From Candidatus Omnitrophota bacterium (lineage in GTDB: Bacteria; Omnitrophota; Gorgyraeia; Gygaellales; JAQTUX01): DNA of 47,470 nt. This document shows, piece after piece, positions 26,569 to 34,482 of the stretch (the stretch's first letter is position 1; every line of letters starts with the position of its first letter). The notes under the pieces are model-generated. The model was not told the origin of the DNA and did not search any database. It saw only the letters and a program-made list of their open reading frames with translations. Location of the stretch: the NCBI GenBank assembly GCA_028707125.1, contig JAQTUX010000001.1, positions 928,023 to 975,492 on the forward strand. The letters run 5' to 3'. A program made the position numbers and the translations under genes.

Positions 26569-29025
26569 ATGAGAAACATCATATTAAGTATATTGTTGCT
26601 ATTCTGCTGCAATATTGCCATACTTCAATCCATTTATGCCTCTGATGAAAAGGAAGGGGAGATGGTATTCATCGGCAAGAAGGCGCTGGAAGACGGCTTC
26701 TATGATGTGGCCTTGAATATATTCCTGAGATTTTTAAGGACATTTCCTGAGAGCGGCAAAGTCCCTTCCGTGCGGCTGCACATAGCCCAGTGTTATTTTT
26801 ATCAAGGACAGTACATAGAGGCGCTTTCGTTATTGGAAGACCTGCTTAAGAACAGTGACGCGGAGAAGATACGCGACGCGGTTACCTATTGGATCGCCGA
26901 GGTCCATTTCAAGGGCGCTGACTACAGGCAGGCCGCGTCCAATTATCAGGCGATCATCAGCCGGTTTCCCCGTTCCTCCTACCTGTCTGACGCGTATTAT
27001 TCCCTTGGCTGGTGCCTGTTTGAAGAGGAGAAATTCCTTGAGGCCAGGGATGTTTTTCTGGAGATGATCGCCAAGTTTCCCGAAAAGCAGCTTTCCACGG
27101 ACGCCTCGTTTAAGGCGGCGCAATGCCTTTATAACCTGAGGGACTATCAGGGGCTTAAGGATTACCTTGCCGGCCATCTTAACAGTTATAAGGACCAGGG
27201 CATAAAGGCGGCATACGCCCATTTTTATCTGGCAGAGGCGGAGTATTATTTAGAGGATTACAACGCGGCAAAGGAAAGGTACCTTGACGTGTTAAAGCTC
27301 TCCAATGACAGATATATAGAGTCCGTAGCGCGGATGGGCCTGGGATGGTCGGCGTTGAAATCCAGGGACTATGACTCCGCGTTCAGATATCTTAGCCAGA
27401 TCAATATGGGGGCGTTGAGTAAAAAAGAACAGGAAAGCGCCAAGCTTTTAGAGGCGACATTATTTTCAGAGCTCAGCAAGCACCGGGAGGCCATCGATGC
27501 CTACGAGTGGCTGGTTTCCAACGCGCAGTCACCCCAGTTGATCATGGAGGGTTACTTCGGCAAGGCGGACGCCCTTTACAACACGGGTGATTTTAAGGCG
27601 GCCATTTCGGTCTTTCAGGACGCCCTGCGCAGATTGTCCGACGAGGAATTGGAATACAAGTCCATAGACCGCCTGCATTACGGCCTTGCCTGGGCATACC
27701 TGAAAGACGGCGAGTTTAAAAATGCCATCAGCGAGTTCCAGAAGGTAGTGCAGGGGTCCGGGGATAAGATGGTCAAGGTGGCCGCGCTCTGCCAGGTAGC
27801 CGATACCTATCTTGATTCAGGCCGGTATCAGAAGGCGGCCGAATCCTATGATAAGGTCCTGGAAGAATACGCGGAAAGCCCCTATGCCGATTACGCGCAG
27901 TATCAATTGGGCGTGTCTTTGTTGAAGATGTTAAAGTATGGTTCGGCGGAGACCGCCTTCCTGAATCTTATAAAGAAGTTTCCCGGTTCAAAGCTGGTCC
28001 CGGAGGCGGCCTATTCTTTGGGGCTGTCCTATTTTCAAAAAGGGGATTATACCGGCAGCGTGGAACAGTTCAGGGATTTTCCTTCTCGGTTCAAGGACAG
28101 CCGCCTTCTTTCGCAGGCGATGTATATGGAGGCGACCTCTCTTTATAATATGGGCAAATATGAAGAGGCGATAGCCGTGTTTAATAATATAATACGCCAA
28201 TTCAACAGCGATACCGGCTTGATCCAGAAGGCGGAATACGAAATAGCCGACTGCCTTTATCGGATGGGCAAGGAGAAGGAGGCGGTCAGTAAGTTCCTTG
28301 TGTTGAGGTCCAAATATCCGGCTTCATCGCTTGCCCCGGAAGCGATCTGGTGGCTGGGAGAATATTATTACAGGCGTAGAGAGCTTGAGCTTGCCAGGAG
28401 GTATTTCAAGACGCTCATAGATGATTATCCCAACAGCCCTCTGGTCGCCGATTCTTATTATGCCATTGCCTGTTCTTATGAAGAGGAGGGAGAACCGGGC
28501 AGGGCCATAGATAATTTTAAGAAGGTCGGCGAGTTTGATAACCATGAGCTTAAAGCCGAGGCGTCTTTAGCCATCGCGGACATATATTTGAATACGGGAA
28601 GGATAAAGGAGTCCTTGGAGATATGCGGGCAGACGCTGGCAGAGCACGAAAACCTGGCGGCGGTAATACTGCCGATAATGGCCCAGGCCCATAAAAAAAG
28701 CGGCGACCTTGATAAGGCGATAGATCTGTTTAAACAGGCCATAGGTAAGGTCCCTTTGAATCAGGGCGCGGGCCTTCAGTTTGAGCTGGCAGGCTGCTTG
28801 GAGGAAACAGGCGACTTGACAGGGGCGTTGGAGGAGTATTTAAAGATAAGCTACCTTTACTCTCAGGGAGAACCGGTAGTGGTCAAGGCAATGCTCAGGG
28901 CCGCGCGGATCTTTGAAAATAAGGGAGAATACGTGAAGGCCAGGGCCATTTACGAGAAGGTCGCCGATGAGGATGTCCCTGAAGCAAAATTCGCCAAAGA
29001 AAAGATAGAGGAGGTCATAAAATGA
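26569..29025 (+). CDS. Large secreted tetratricopeptide-repeat protein (YbgF/CpoB-like TPR units repeated many times)
   Basis: The signal-like N-terminus is ILSILLLFCCNIAILQSIYA. TPR signatures (A..Y..a......Y..A...F...i..fP.s) recur throughout all 818 aa. Confidence 0.85.
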   Translation: MRNIILSILLLFCCNIAILQSIYASDEKEGEMVFIGKKALEDGFYDVALNIFLRFLRTFPESGKVPSVRLHIAQCYFYQGQYIEALSLLEDLLKNSDAEKIRDAVTYWIAEVHFKGADYRQAASNYQAIISRFPRSSYLSDAYYSLGWCLFEEEKFLEARDVFLEMIAKFPEKQLSTDASFKAAQCLYNLRDYQGLKDYLAGHLNSYKDQGIKAAYAHFYLAEAEYYLEDYNAAKERYLDVLKLSNDRYIESVARMGLGWSALKSRDYDSAFRYLSQINMGALSKKEQESAKLLEATLFSELSKHREAIDAYEWLVSNAQSPQLIMEGYFGKADALYNTGDFKAAISVFQDALRRLSDEELEYKSIDRLHYGLAWAYLKDGEFKNAISEFQKVVQGSGDKMVKVAALCQVADTYLDSGRYQKAAESYDKVLEEYAESPYADYAQYQLGVSLLKMLKYGSAETAFLNLIKKFPGSKLVPEAAYSLGLSYFQKGDYTGSVEQFRDFPSRFKDSRLLSQAMYMEATSLYNMGKYEEAIAVFNNIIRQFNSDTGLIQKAEYEIADCLYRMGKEKEAVSKFLVLRSKYPASSLAPEAIWWLGEYYYRRRELELARRYFKTLIDDYPNSPLVADSYYAIACSYEEEGEPGRAIDNFKKVGEFDNHELKAEASLAIADIYLNTGRIKESLEICGQTLAEHENLAAVILPIMAQAHKKSGDLDKAIDLFKQAIGKVPLNQGAGLQFELAGCLEETGDLTGALEEYLKISYLYSQGEPVVVKAMLRAARIFENKGEYVKARAIYEKVADEDVPEAKFAKEKIEEVIK

Positions 29026-29693
29026 TACAGGTATTCTTAAGGGGCGGGCCGGTAATGTGGCCGATACTGCTATGTTCGGTATTCGCGATGGCTATAGTCA
29101 TAGAAAAGATCGTGCATCTCAGCTTCATAAAGATGGACAGCAGGGAGTTTCTTTCGGGCGTAATGCAGAAGATAAAGCGCCATCAGATAAAAGAAGCGCT
29201 GGAGGAGTGCGATAAGGCCCCGGAAGGCAAGGGGCTGTCCGCGAGGATCCTTCTCGCGTTGAAGGTCATCAAGCTCCAGCCGGGGCCCATCCCGAATATA
29301 ATCAAGGCGGGCGTGCTTAAATATGATCAGCCGCGGGAAAAGATAAAAGAGGCGATTGAAGACGCCTCGTTGTATGAGGTGCCTAAACTGGAGAAGAACC
29401 TGTCTGTCCTGGCAACCCTTGCCCACATTTCTCCGCTGCTCGGGCTTTTAGGCACGGTGACCGGAATGGTAAGGTGTTTTCAGACCGTGCAGCTTAAGGC
29501 CGCCTCTTTTCACCCTGTCAGCCCCGGAGACCTGGCAGGGGGCATATGGGAAGCGCTTATAACCACAGTCGCCGGCCTGATAGTGGCAATACCGGTTTAC
29601 GTGGCTTATAACTATCTGGTTAACCGCGTCAACAGTTTCATACTGGAGATGGAAAAGTCGGCAACGGAATTGGTTAATTTCTTGTCGGAGTAA
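29022..29693 (+). CDS. MotA/TolQ/ExbB proton-channel family protein
   Basis: There are three TM helices and the family signature LATLAHISPLLGLLGTVTGMVRCF. The start has an ATGA overlap with the TPR gene. Confidence 0.9.
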   Translation: MIQVFLRGGPVMWPILLCSVFAMAIVIEKIVHLSFIKMDSREFLSGVMQKIKRHQIKEALEECDKAPEGKGLSARILLALKVIKLQPGPIPNIIKAGVLKYDQPREKIKEAIEDASLYEVPKLEKNLSVLATLAHISPLLGLLGTVTGMVRCFQTVQLKAASFHPVSPGDLAGGIWEALITTVAGLIVAIPVYVAYNYLVNRVNSFILEMEKSATELVNFLSE

Positions 29694-29697
29694 GGCC

Positions 29698-30099
29698 ATG
29701 AAATTCAGACGGCATATGGAATTGGAGCATGGGTTAAAACAAATAGACATCGCCCCGCTTATTGACGTGGTCTTTCAATTATTGATATTCTTTATGCTTA
29801 CGTCTTCATTCGTGATGCAGCCGGGCATAAAGGTAAACCTGCCGAAGGCCGTAACCAGCCAGGTCATAGAAGAAGAGAACCTGGTGATCACAGTATCTTC
29901 AGAAAATGTTATTTATATTAACGAGAAGGTCATCTCTTTAAATGAACTCAAGGACCTGTTGAATCGGTTCGTGAAAAAAGGCAAGGCAATACTCATAAAG
30001 TCCGACAGGCGCGCCTCATTAGGGCGGGTAGTTGAGGTCTGGGATATGTGCAGGGAGTCAGGCATAAGCCAGGTCAATATAGCTACCAATCAGGAGTAA
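29698..30099 (+). CDS. ExbD/TolR biopolymer transport protein
   Basis: The N-terminal motif is IDIAPLIDVVFQLLIFFMLT. The length is 133 aa and the gene follows the ExbB-like gene. Confidence 0.9.
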   Translation: MKFRRHMELEHGLKQIDIAPLIDVVFQLLIFFMLTSSFVMQPGIKVNLPKAVTSQVIEEENLVITVSSENVIYINEKVISLNELKDLLNRFVKKGKAILIKSDRRASLGRVVEVWDMCRESGISQVNIATNQE

Positions 30100-30100
30100 C

Positions 30101-30727
30101 ATGTCCGGCACTTTGAGGCTGGGGTTATTTATTTCTCTTCTCTGGCATGGCCTCTGCCCCCTTATTTTTGATACATCCTTTAAGAAGGCGTATTTCGCGA
30201 AGCAGGAACCGGTCGTATTCCTGGGTTCCATCCTTTCCCGTTATTCCCCTGAACCGAAAGCCGCGGTTTCATCCCCGCAGGGGAGAAGATTATCGAGCCA
30301 TAGATTGCCCGCGCTTGACTCTATCATGGAAAACAACCTGTTGGCTGTCCTGGGTGATAAGCCGCGTATACAACCGCCTTCTTATCTTCCCCGGCTTGAA
30401 AGCGCGTTAAACCCGGTTGATACGGACGAGTTCTTTAAGGAAAGGCGCGGTTATCAGAAGGCGCTTTTTTTCCATCCCAGGATACCGTATCATTTCCTGC
30501 TGTATTTCAAAGACAGGGCGTCTGTGCATATAGAACTGGAGTTCTTTCTTTCTGCCAAGGGCGACGCCCTGGAAGTAAGGAGGCGTGTTTCATCGGGCAA
30601 CCTTGACGCGGACCTTCTTGTGTGGCGCCATATCAACCACTGGCTGTTTCTGCGCCGGGAACAGCTGCCCAGGAACCTGTGGCAGACCGTAAAGATAGAC
30701 CTGGCGCATAGCGCGCAGGAGCAATGA
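30101..30727 (+). CDS. TonB/TolA-like energy-transducer candidate (N-terminal anchor, divergent TonB-C-like end)
   Basis: The N-terminal TM helix is LGLFISLLWHGLCPLIF. The C-terminal ELEFFLSAKGDALEVRRRVSSGNLDADLLVWRHI resembles the TonB C-terminal pattern (v.v.f.v...G.v..v.v..SSG...lD). Its position after exbBD supports the call. There is no Pro-rich linker. Confidence 0.5.
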   Translation: MSGTLRLGLFISLLWHGLCPLIFDTSFKKAYFAKQEPVVFLGSILSRYSPEPKAAVSSPQGRRLSSHRLPALDSIMENNLLAVLGDKPRIQPPSYLPRLESALNPVDTDEFFKERRGYQKALFFHPRIPYHFLLYFKDRASVHIELEFFLSAKGDALEVRRRVSSGNLDADLLVWRHINHWLFLRREQLPRNLWQTVKIDLAHSAQEQ

Positions 30728-30945
30728 TACATATAGACTTTGATCTGGGGGTGGCATTTTATCTGTTGGCGCTGCTTATACCTATATTCCTCTGTTGGTT
30801 TTTCTTGAAAGAAGGCAGCGAGAAGAAACTCTTTCTTGACCCCAAATTTATATGGTTTTGCTCTATCTGTACTTATACCTATATTAATACTAAGGACGAA
30901 CAATACAGCCTTTGTCCCAGATGCGGTTGCTACAATACGAGATAA
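30724..30945 (+). CDS. Small membrane-anchored zinc-ribbon protein (73 aa)
   Basis: One TM helix (VAFYLLALLIPIFLCWFFL) is followed by CSIC...CPRCGC. The start has an ATGA overlap with the upstream gene. Confidence 0.55.
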   Translation: MIHIDFDLGVAFYLLALLIPIFLCWFFLKEGSEKKLFLDPKFIWFCSICTYTYINTKDEQYSLCPRCGCYNTR

Positions 30946-30963
30946 AAGGCGGATAAATAAATA

Positions 30964-30991
30964 TTGACAACCGCCAAAAGGTTACTAAAAT
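30964..30991 (+). promoter_or_regulatory. Near-consensus promoter TTGACA-16 nt-TAAAAT
   Basis: ttgaca lies at 30964-30969 and taaaat at 30986-30991, 21 nt upstream of the ATG at 31013. The SD gggggaag sits in between. Confidence 0.5.
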
Positions 30992-31012
30992 GAAATACAA
31001 AAGGGGGAAGAT

Positions 31013-31213
31013 ATGATAACTGAGATCGGCATAGTCGCTGGGGAGATCTGGCATTATCTTGATGATCACGGAGAGGTGCGGCTTAATGATCTTGTCAGGG
31101 GTATTGATAAGCCGCGCGACAACATATTAATGAGTTTGGGCTGGCTCGCCAGAGAAGGGCACGTTATATTGGAAAAAGAAGGCGATGATTACAAGGTGAG
31201 CCTGAGGAGATAA
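31013..31213 (+). CDS. Small winged-helix domain protein (DUF2582-like, 66 aa)
   Basis: The sequence IGIVAGEIWHYLDDHGEVRLNDLVRGI...ILMSLGWLAREGHVIL matches my recollection of the short winged-helix family with the GWLAREGK/H motif. Confidence 0.65.
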   Translation: MITEIGIVAGEIWHYLDDHGEVRLNDLVRGIDKPRDNILMSLGWLAREGHVILEKEGDDYKVSLRR

Positions 31214-31222
31214 TCCCTGATC

Positions 31223-31564
31223 ATGCTGCCCGCTAAAAATAATAACGGCGTGGTATTGGTAACAGTATTAGGCATTATAATTATAGTAAGTATTCTTGCC
31301 GCTACCGCGCTTAGCATTATGAGCAACCAGGCCAGATTGGGCATTTACCAGTCCAATAAGATCAAGGCATACCACATAGGTATGTCGGCCTTACACTGGG
31401 CGCACAACCAGAGGCGCTTGGGCAACCCTGCCGATTATACCAAGTCAGTGACATTACCTGACGGATCCGCATTACCCCCTGGAATGGAGTTAGAGATTGA
31501 AGATGATGCCGGTGGCAATGTCAGTTCCAGAAAGATCGTTATAACAGTCAGCTACTCTTCTTAA
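31223..31564 (+). CDS. PilX/GspK-N-terminal-like minor pseudopilin candidate (113 aa)
   Basis: The N-terminus NNGVVLVTVLGIIIIVSILAATALSIMSNQARL fits the PilX_N/GspK pattern (G.aL...L.....L......................R). It has no G-F-T-L-x-E prepilin motif. Confidence 0.5.
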   Translation: MLPAKNNNGVVLVTVLGIIIIVSILAATALSIMSNQARLGIYQSNKIKAYHIGMSALHWAHNQRRLGNPADYTKSVTLPDGSALPPGMELEIEDDAGGNVSSRKIVITVSYSS

Positions 31565-31672
31565 GTTTTCTCCCGAATTACCCCAAATCTAAGTAAGTCT
31601 ATTATAAACCAGGTAACTTTAGAGTAAGATAGTTACTCAAAGTATGCCAAGTAATATTTTATAAAAAAACAC

Positions 31673-31701
31673 TTGACAAAGTAAATCTATTATGATGTAA
31701 T
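31673..31701 (+). promoter_or_regulatory. Candidate promoter TTGACA-17 nt-TGTAAT in an AT-rich spacer
   Basis: ttgaca lies at 31673-31678 and tgtaat at 31696-31701, 30 nt upstream of the ATG at 31732. Confidence 0.45.
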
Positions 31702-31731
31702 TAAACCTACAATATAACAAGTAAGGAAAGA

Positions 31732-31911
31732 ATGATGGCAAGATTAATGGATATAGATGAATTGGCCGACTATCTTAGACTCAGGCGTCAGACCATATAT
31801 AATTGGCTGCACCAGAAGAAGATTTCCGGGATCAAGGTAGGAGGCGTTTGGAGGTTTGACAGGAAAGAGGTAGACAACTGGCTTAAGAGCCGGCATCAAC
31901 AAGCTGATTAG
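31732..31911 (+). CDS. Excisionase/MerR-type helix-turn-helix DNA-binding protein (59 aa), absent from the ORF track
   Basis: My own translation is MMARLMDIDELADYLRLRRQTIYNWLHQKKISGIKVGGVWRFDRKEVDNWLKSRHQQAD. It fits the excisionase-family HTH pattern (l...E.A.yL.vs..TiY.w...g.ip..kvGr.wRf....ld.Wl). The SD aaggaaag lies 5 nt upstream. Confidence 0.8.
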   Translation: MMARLMDIDELADYLRLRRQTIYNWLHQKKISGIKVGGVWRFDRKEVDNWLKSRHQQAD

Positions 31912-31943
31912 CGGTTTAAGGCGGCATAACAAAAGGGTCGGGT

Positions 31944-33479
31944 ATGCCAAAGAAAAAAATAGGTGTATTTTTCGGTAAGAGCAGTATTACTATCGCGGAA
32001 TCACAGGGTAAGGATATAATTAATTACCTGCAGGTCCCATCTTCCGGATTAAAATCAACAGAAACGGATGGAAAGGCGCCGGAAGACGTAAGGATAATAG
32101 CGGCGCTGCAGGAGGAGATCCGCGCAAGCCGGCTTGAGACCAAAGAAGCCGTATTATCCATTCCTTCAGAGGATCTGATTATACGTTTCTTCAGTTTGCC
32201 TCCCATGCCCAAAAGGGAGCTCCCTTCCTCAATAAGCTTTGAGGTCAAGAAATTCATCCCCTTTAAAGTTGAAGACCTGGTGTTTGATTTTCAGGCGCGC
32301 CTGAACAAAGAGGCGAAGAAATTGGATTGCGTATTTATAGGCATAAAAAAAGATACGCTGGAAAAATATGTGTCTATATCTACGCAGAGCGGTTTCAGGA
32401 TATTAAGCATAGAGCCGGGGTTCTTCAGCGTTTTACGCCTGCTCAGGCCTAAAAAAGATATAGTAAACAATAAACAGAACGTCGCCATTGTTGATTTAGG
32501 CGTTACCGGAGAAGAAGGTAATATCACTTTCCTTAAGAGCGGGTTTCCCGAGTTCAGCAGAGAATTAAAGCTGCCGCTTCAGGAAGAAGGCGGACAGTCA
32601 GGCCAGGAGGGCTATGCCGCGCAGTTGTCAAATGAAATACGCATATCACTTGATTATTTCCGCCGGCTCTTTCCCAACATCGCCATAGACAGGGTATTTT
32701 TCCTTTCGCGGCCGGAAAACAAGGCCGTCGTTGAAGGGTTGTCAATGGACTTGGGGCTGAAATCCTCATTTATAGATACCACGGAATTGATTAAATCCGA
32801 CCTGCCGTATTCTATTGATATCGTCAAGGCAAGCGGCGCGTCCTTACGCGATACGATAAAATTTGAATACAGTATAGACCTCTTCAGGAAGCAGCTGGCT
32901 GCCTCTGATGTGGAGGCGTCTGCCCTGGCGCTTGAGATAAAGACGGTCCCGGTCTCCAGGGATATCATTTTAAGGGGTTTTTTCGCCTTTTTACTGGCAA
33001 TAGCCGGTATTTATTTTTATACCAATCAGAAGTTAAGTGTGTTGCGCAGCGATATCGCCTCAATTCAACAAAAACAACCCGGCGTGAAGATAGTGGATCC
33101 CGGACTACCGGCCGTAACGCTTGCTTCGGAGAAACAGAAATGGGAATCCAAACTCGCTGAATTAAAGGGGATGTTCAAGCAAAGGCGGTATCTTACCACA
33201 AAATTAAGCAAGATCGCGGATTATTTAGGGGAGGGCGCCTGGCTGTCACAGCTTACATATAGCTATAGTCCGGGAGGACTGATCGTTTCCGGCCATTGTT
33301 ACCTGGGAGAAGAAAAGAGCGAATTGGATTCGATAAACAGTTTTGTTACCAGGCTTAAGACAGATGCCGAGTTCTCGCAGGAGTATAAGGATATATCCAT
33401 TCGTTCCATAACGCGGACTGAACTGCAGGATACCGAAGTTACGTCTTTTGAGGTAAGCTGCGCTTCGGGAGGTAAATAG
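31944..33479 (+). CDS. pilM: Type IV pilus assembly protein, an apparent PilM-PilN (GspL-like) fusion
   Basis: The protein is 511 aa. It has a cytoplasmic N-terminal ~340 aa (IGVFFGKSSITIAE start, like PilM), one TM helix (ILRGFFAFLLAIAGIYFY, nt ~32965-33025) and a ~150-aa C-terminal domain. It sits immediately upstream of the PilO-like, PilP-like and secretin genes. Confidence 0.7.
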   Translation: MPKKKIGVFFGKSSITIAESQGKDIINYLQVPSSGLKSTETDGKAPEDVRIIAALQEEIRASRLETKEAVLSIPSEDLIIRFFSLPPMPKRELPSSISFEVKKFIPFKVEDLVFDFQARLNKEAKKLDCVFIGIKKDTLEKYVSISTQSGFRILSIEPGFFSVLRLLRPKKDIVNNKQNVAIVDLGVTGEEGNITFLKSGFPEFSRELKLPLQEEGGQSGQEGYAAQLSNEIRISLDYFRRLFPNIAIDRVFFLSRPENKAVVEGLSMDLGLKSSFIDTTELIKSDLPYSIDIVKASGASLRDTIKFEYSIDLFRKQLAASDVEASALALEIKTVPVSRDIILRGFFAFLLAIAGIYFYTNQKLSVLRSDIASIQQKQPGVKIVDPGLPAVTLASEKQKWESKLAELKGMFKQRRYLTTKLSKIADYLGEGAWLSQLTYSYSPGGLIVSGHCYLGEEKSELDSINSFVTRLKTDAEFSQEYKDISIRSITRTELQDTEVTSFEVSCASGGK

Positions 33480-34034
33480 ATGGATAAAAAGATAAATGTT
33501 AATGAGCAGCTCAAGCTGCTTCTGGCAAGGCAGGACATACTTGCTTATATAGTAATGGCGCTGATAATATTATTCGTTTCAACGAAGTTTTATTCTTTCC
33601 AGACGCAAAAAGTAGAACGCGCCAAAGAGGCGCAGTCGGAAGAAAACAAAAAGGTGGATCTGTTAGGCGGCCTGGTCAAGATCGAACAGGAGGCGGGGCC
33701 GTATCAGCAGTTTTTCTCCAGGAGAGAGCAGGTAGACATCATAAATGAGATCTCCGGTATTGCCAGGCAGGAGGAGGTCAAGGTGAGTTCTATCCAGCCG
33801 TTGGAGATCGCTAAAGAGAAGGCGTTTACCAGGGAGGGCTTCAGTATTTCTCTTGAGGCAAAATACCATTCCATAGGGAGGTTTGTGAACCGCCTGGAAA
33901 GATCAGGGTCATTCTTCAGGATAGAGAAGCTTTCTTTGGCGCAGCAGTCAAGATGGAGCGGTAAGCCGGACAAACAACCGGAAGAACGCGTTATCACGGC
34001 CACTATGCAGTTAACCATGCTATATGTGGAATAA
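33480..34034 (+). CDS. pilO: PilO/GspM-like pilus assembly protein
   Basis: It has an N-terminal TM helix (ILAYIVMALIILFVS), a coiled coil, then FSISLEAKYHSIGRFVNRLERSGSFFRIEKLSL, which is typical of the PilO C-terminal fold pattern. Gene order supports the call. Confidence 0.65.
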   Translation: MDKKINVNEQLKLLLARQDILAYIVMALIILFVSTKFYSFQTQKVERAKEAQSEENKKVDLLGGLVKIEQEAGPYQQFFSRREQVDIINEISGIARQEEVKVSSIQPLEIAKEKAFTREGFSISLEAKYHSIGRFVNRLERSGSFFRIEKLSLAQQSRWSGKPDKQPEERVITATMQLTMLYVE

Positions 34035-34035
34035 A

Positions 34036-34482
34036 ATGAAAAAAGATATCTGTAATATTAGATTTATTACCACCGTTTTATTATTAACATCTTTATTCGC
34101 GGTATTTTCCTACGCGGAAGATGCGAGTTCGCTGATCCCGCAGATAAGTTACGCTCCGCAGAGCTCCAGGGATCCATTTAAGGATTTTTTGCCTGTAAAA
34201 AGAGACGCGGAAGAGCAGGTGGGGGCGATCCGGGGACAGGCAGAAGCCGCTGTCCAATTACCGGCAATGAAATTGCAGGGGGTTATATGGGAAGGCAGGA
34301 TACCCCAGGCCATCATAGATAACGGCGTTTTTACTGTCGGAGATAAAATAAACGAGGCAGAGATCAAGTCAATAGACAGGGAAGGGCTCACGTTATTATA
34401 TAAGGGCCAGGTCTTCCTGCTTCCTTCTCCAGCGAGGGTCCTGGAGGCAGAGTCGCTTAAAAAACAAGGGGGGGAAAAATGA
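34036..34482 (+). CDS. PilP/GspC-like secreted protein
   Basis: It has a signal peptide (MKKDICNIRFITTVLLLTSLFAVFSYA). The C-terminal MKLQGVIWEGRIPQAIIDNGVFTVGDKINEAEIKSIDREGLTLLYKG fits the PilP/GspC HR-domain pattern. I chose the ATG at 34036 (track: 34024). Confidence 0.5.
   Translation: MKKDICNIRFITTVLLLTSLFAVFSYAEDASSLIPQISYAPQSSRDPFKDFLPVKRDAEEQVGAIRGQAEAAVQLPAMKLQGVIWEGRIPQAIIDNGVFTVGDKINEAEIKSIDREGLTLLYKGQVFLLPSPARVLEAESLKKQGGEK

Noticed and set aside
30147-30410. Plus-strand 87-aa ORF overlapping the TonB-like gene in another frame
   Set aside because: It lies entirely inside a longer ORF that is translationally coupled to both neighbours. Its Arg/Pro/Ser-rich composition is typical of an off-frame artefact.
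31744-31950. Minus-strand ORF of 68 aa in the spacer before pilM
   Set aside because: It is antisense to the 59-aa HTH gene, which has an SD, a promoter and a recognisable fold pattern. The minus ORF would also run against every other gene.
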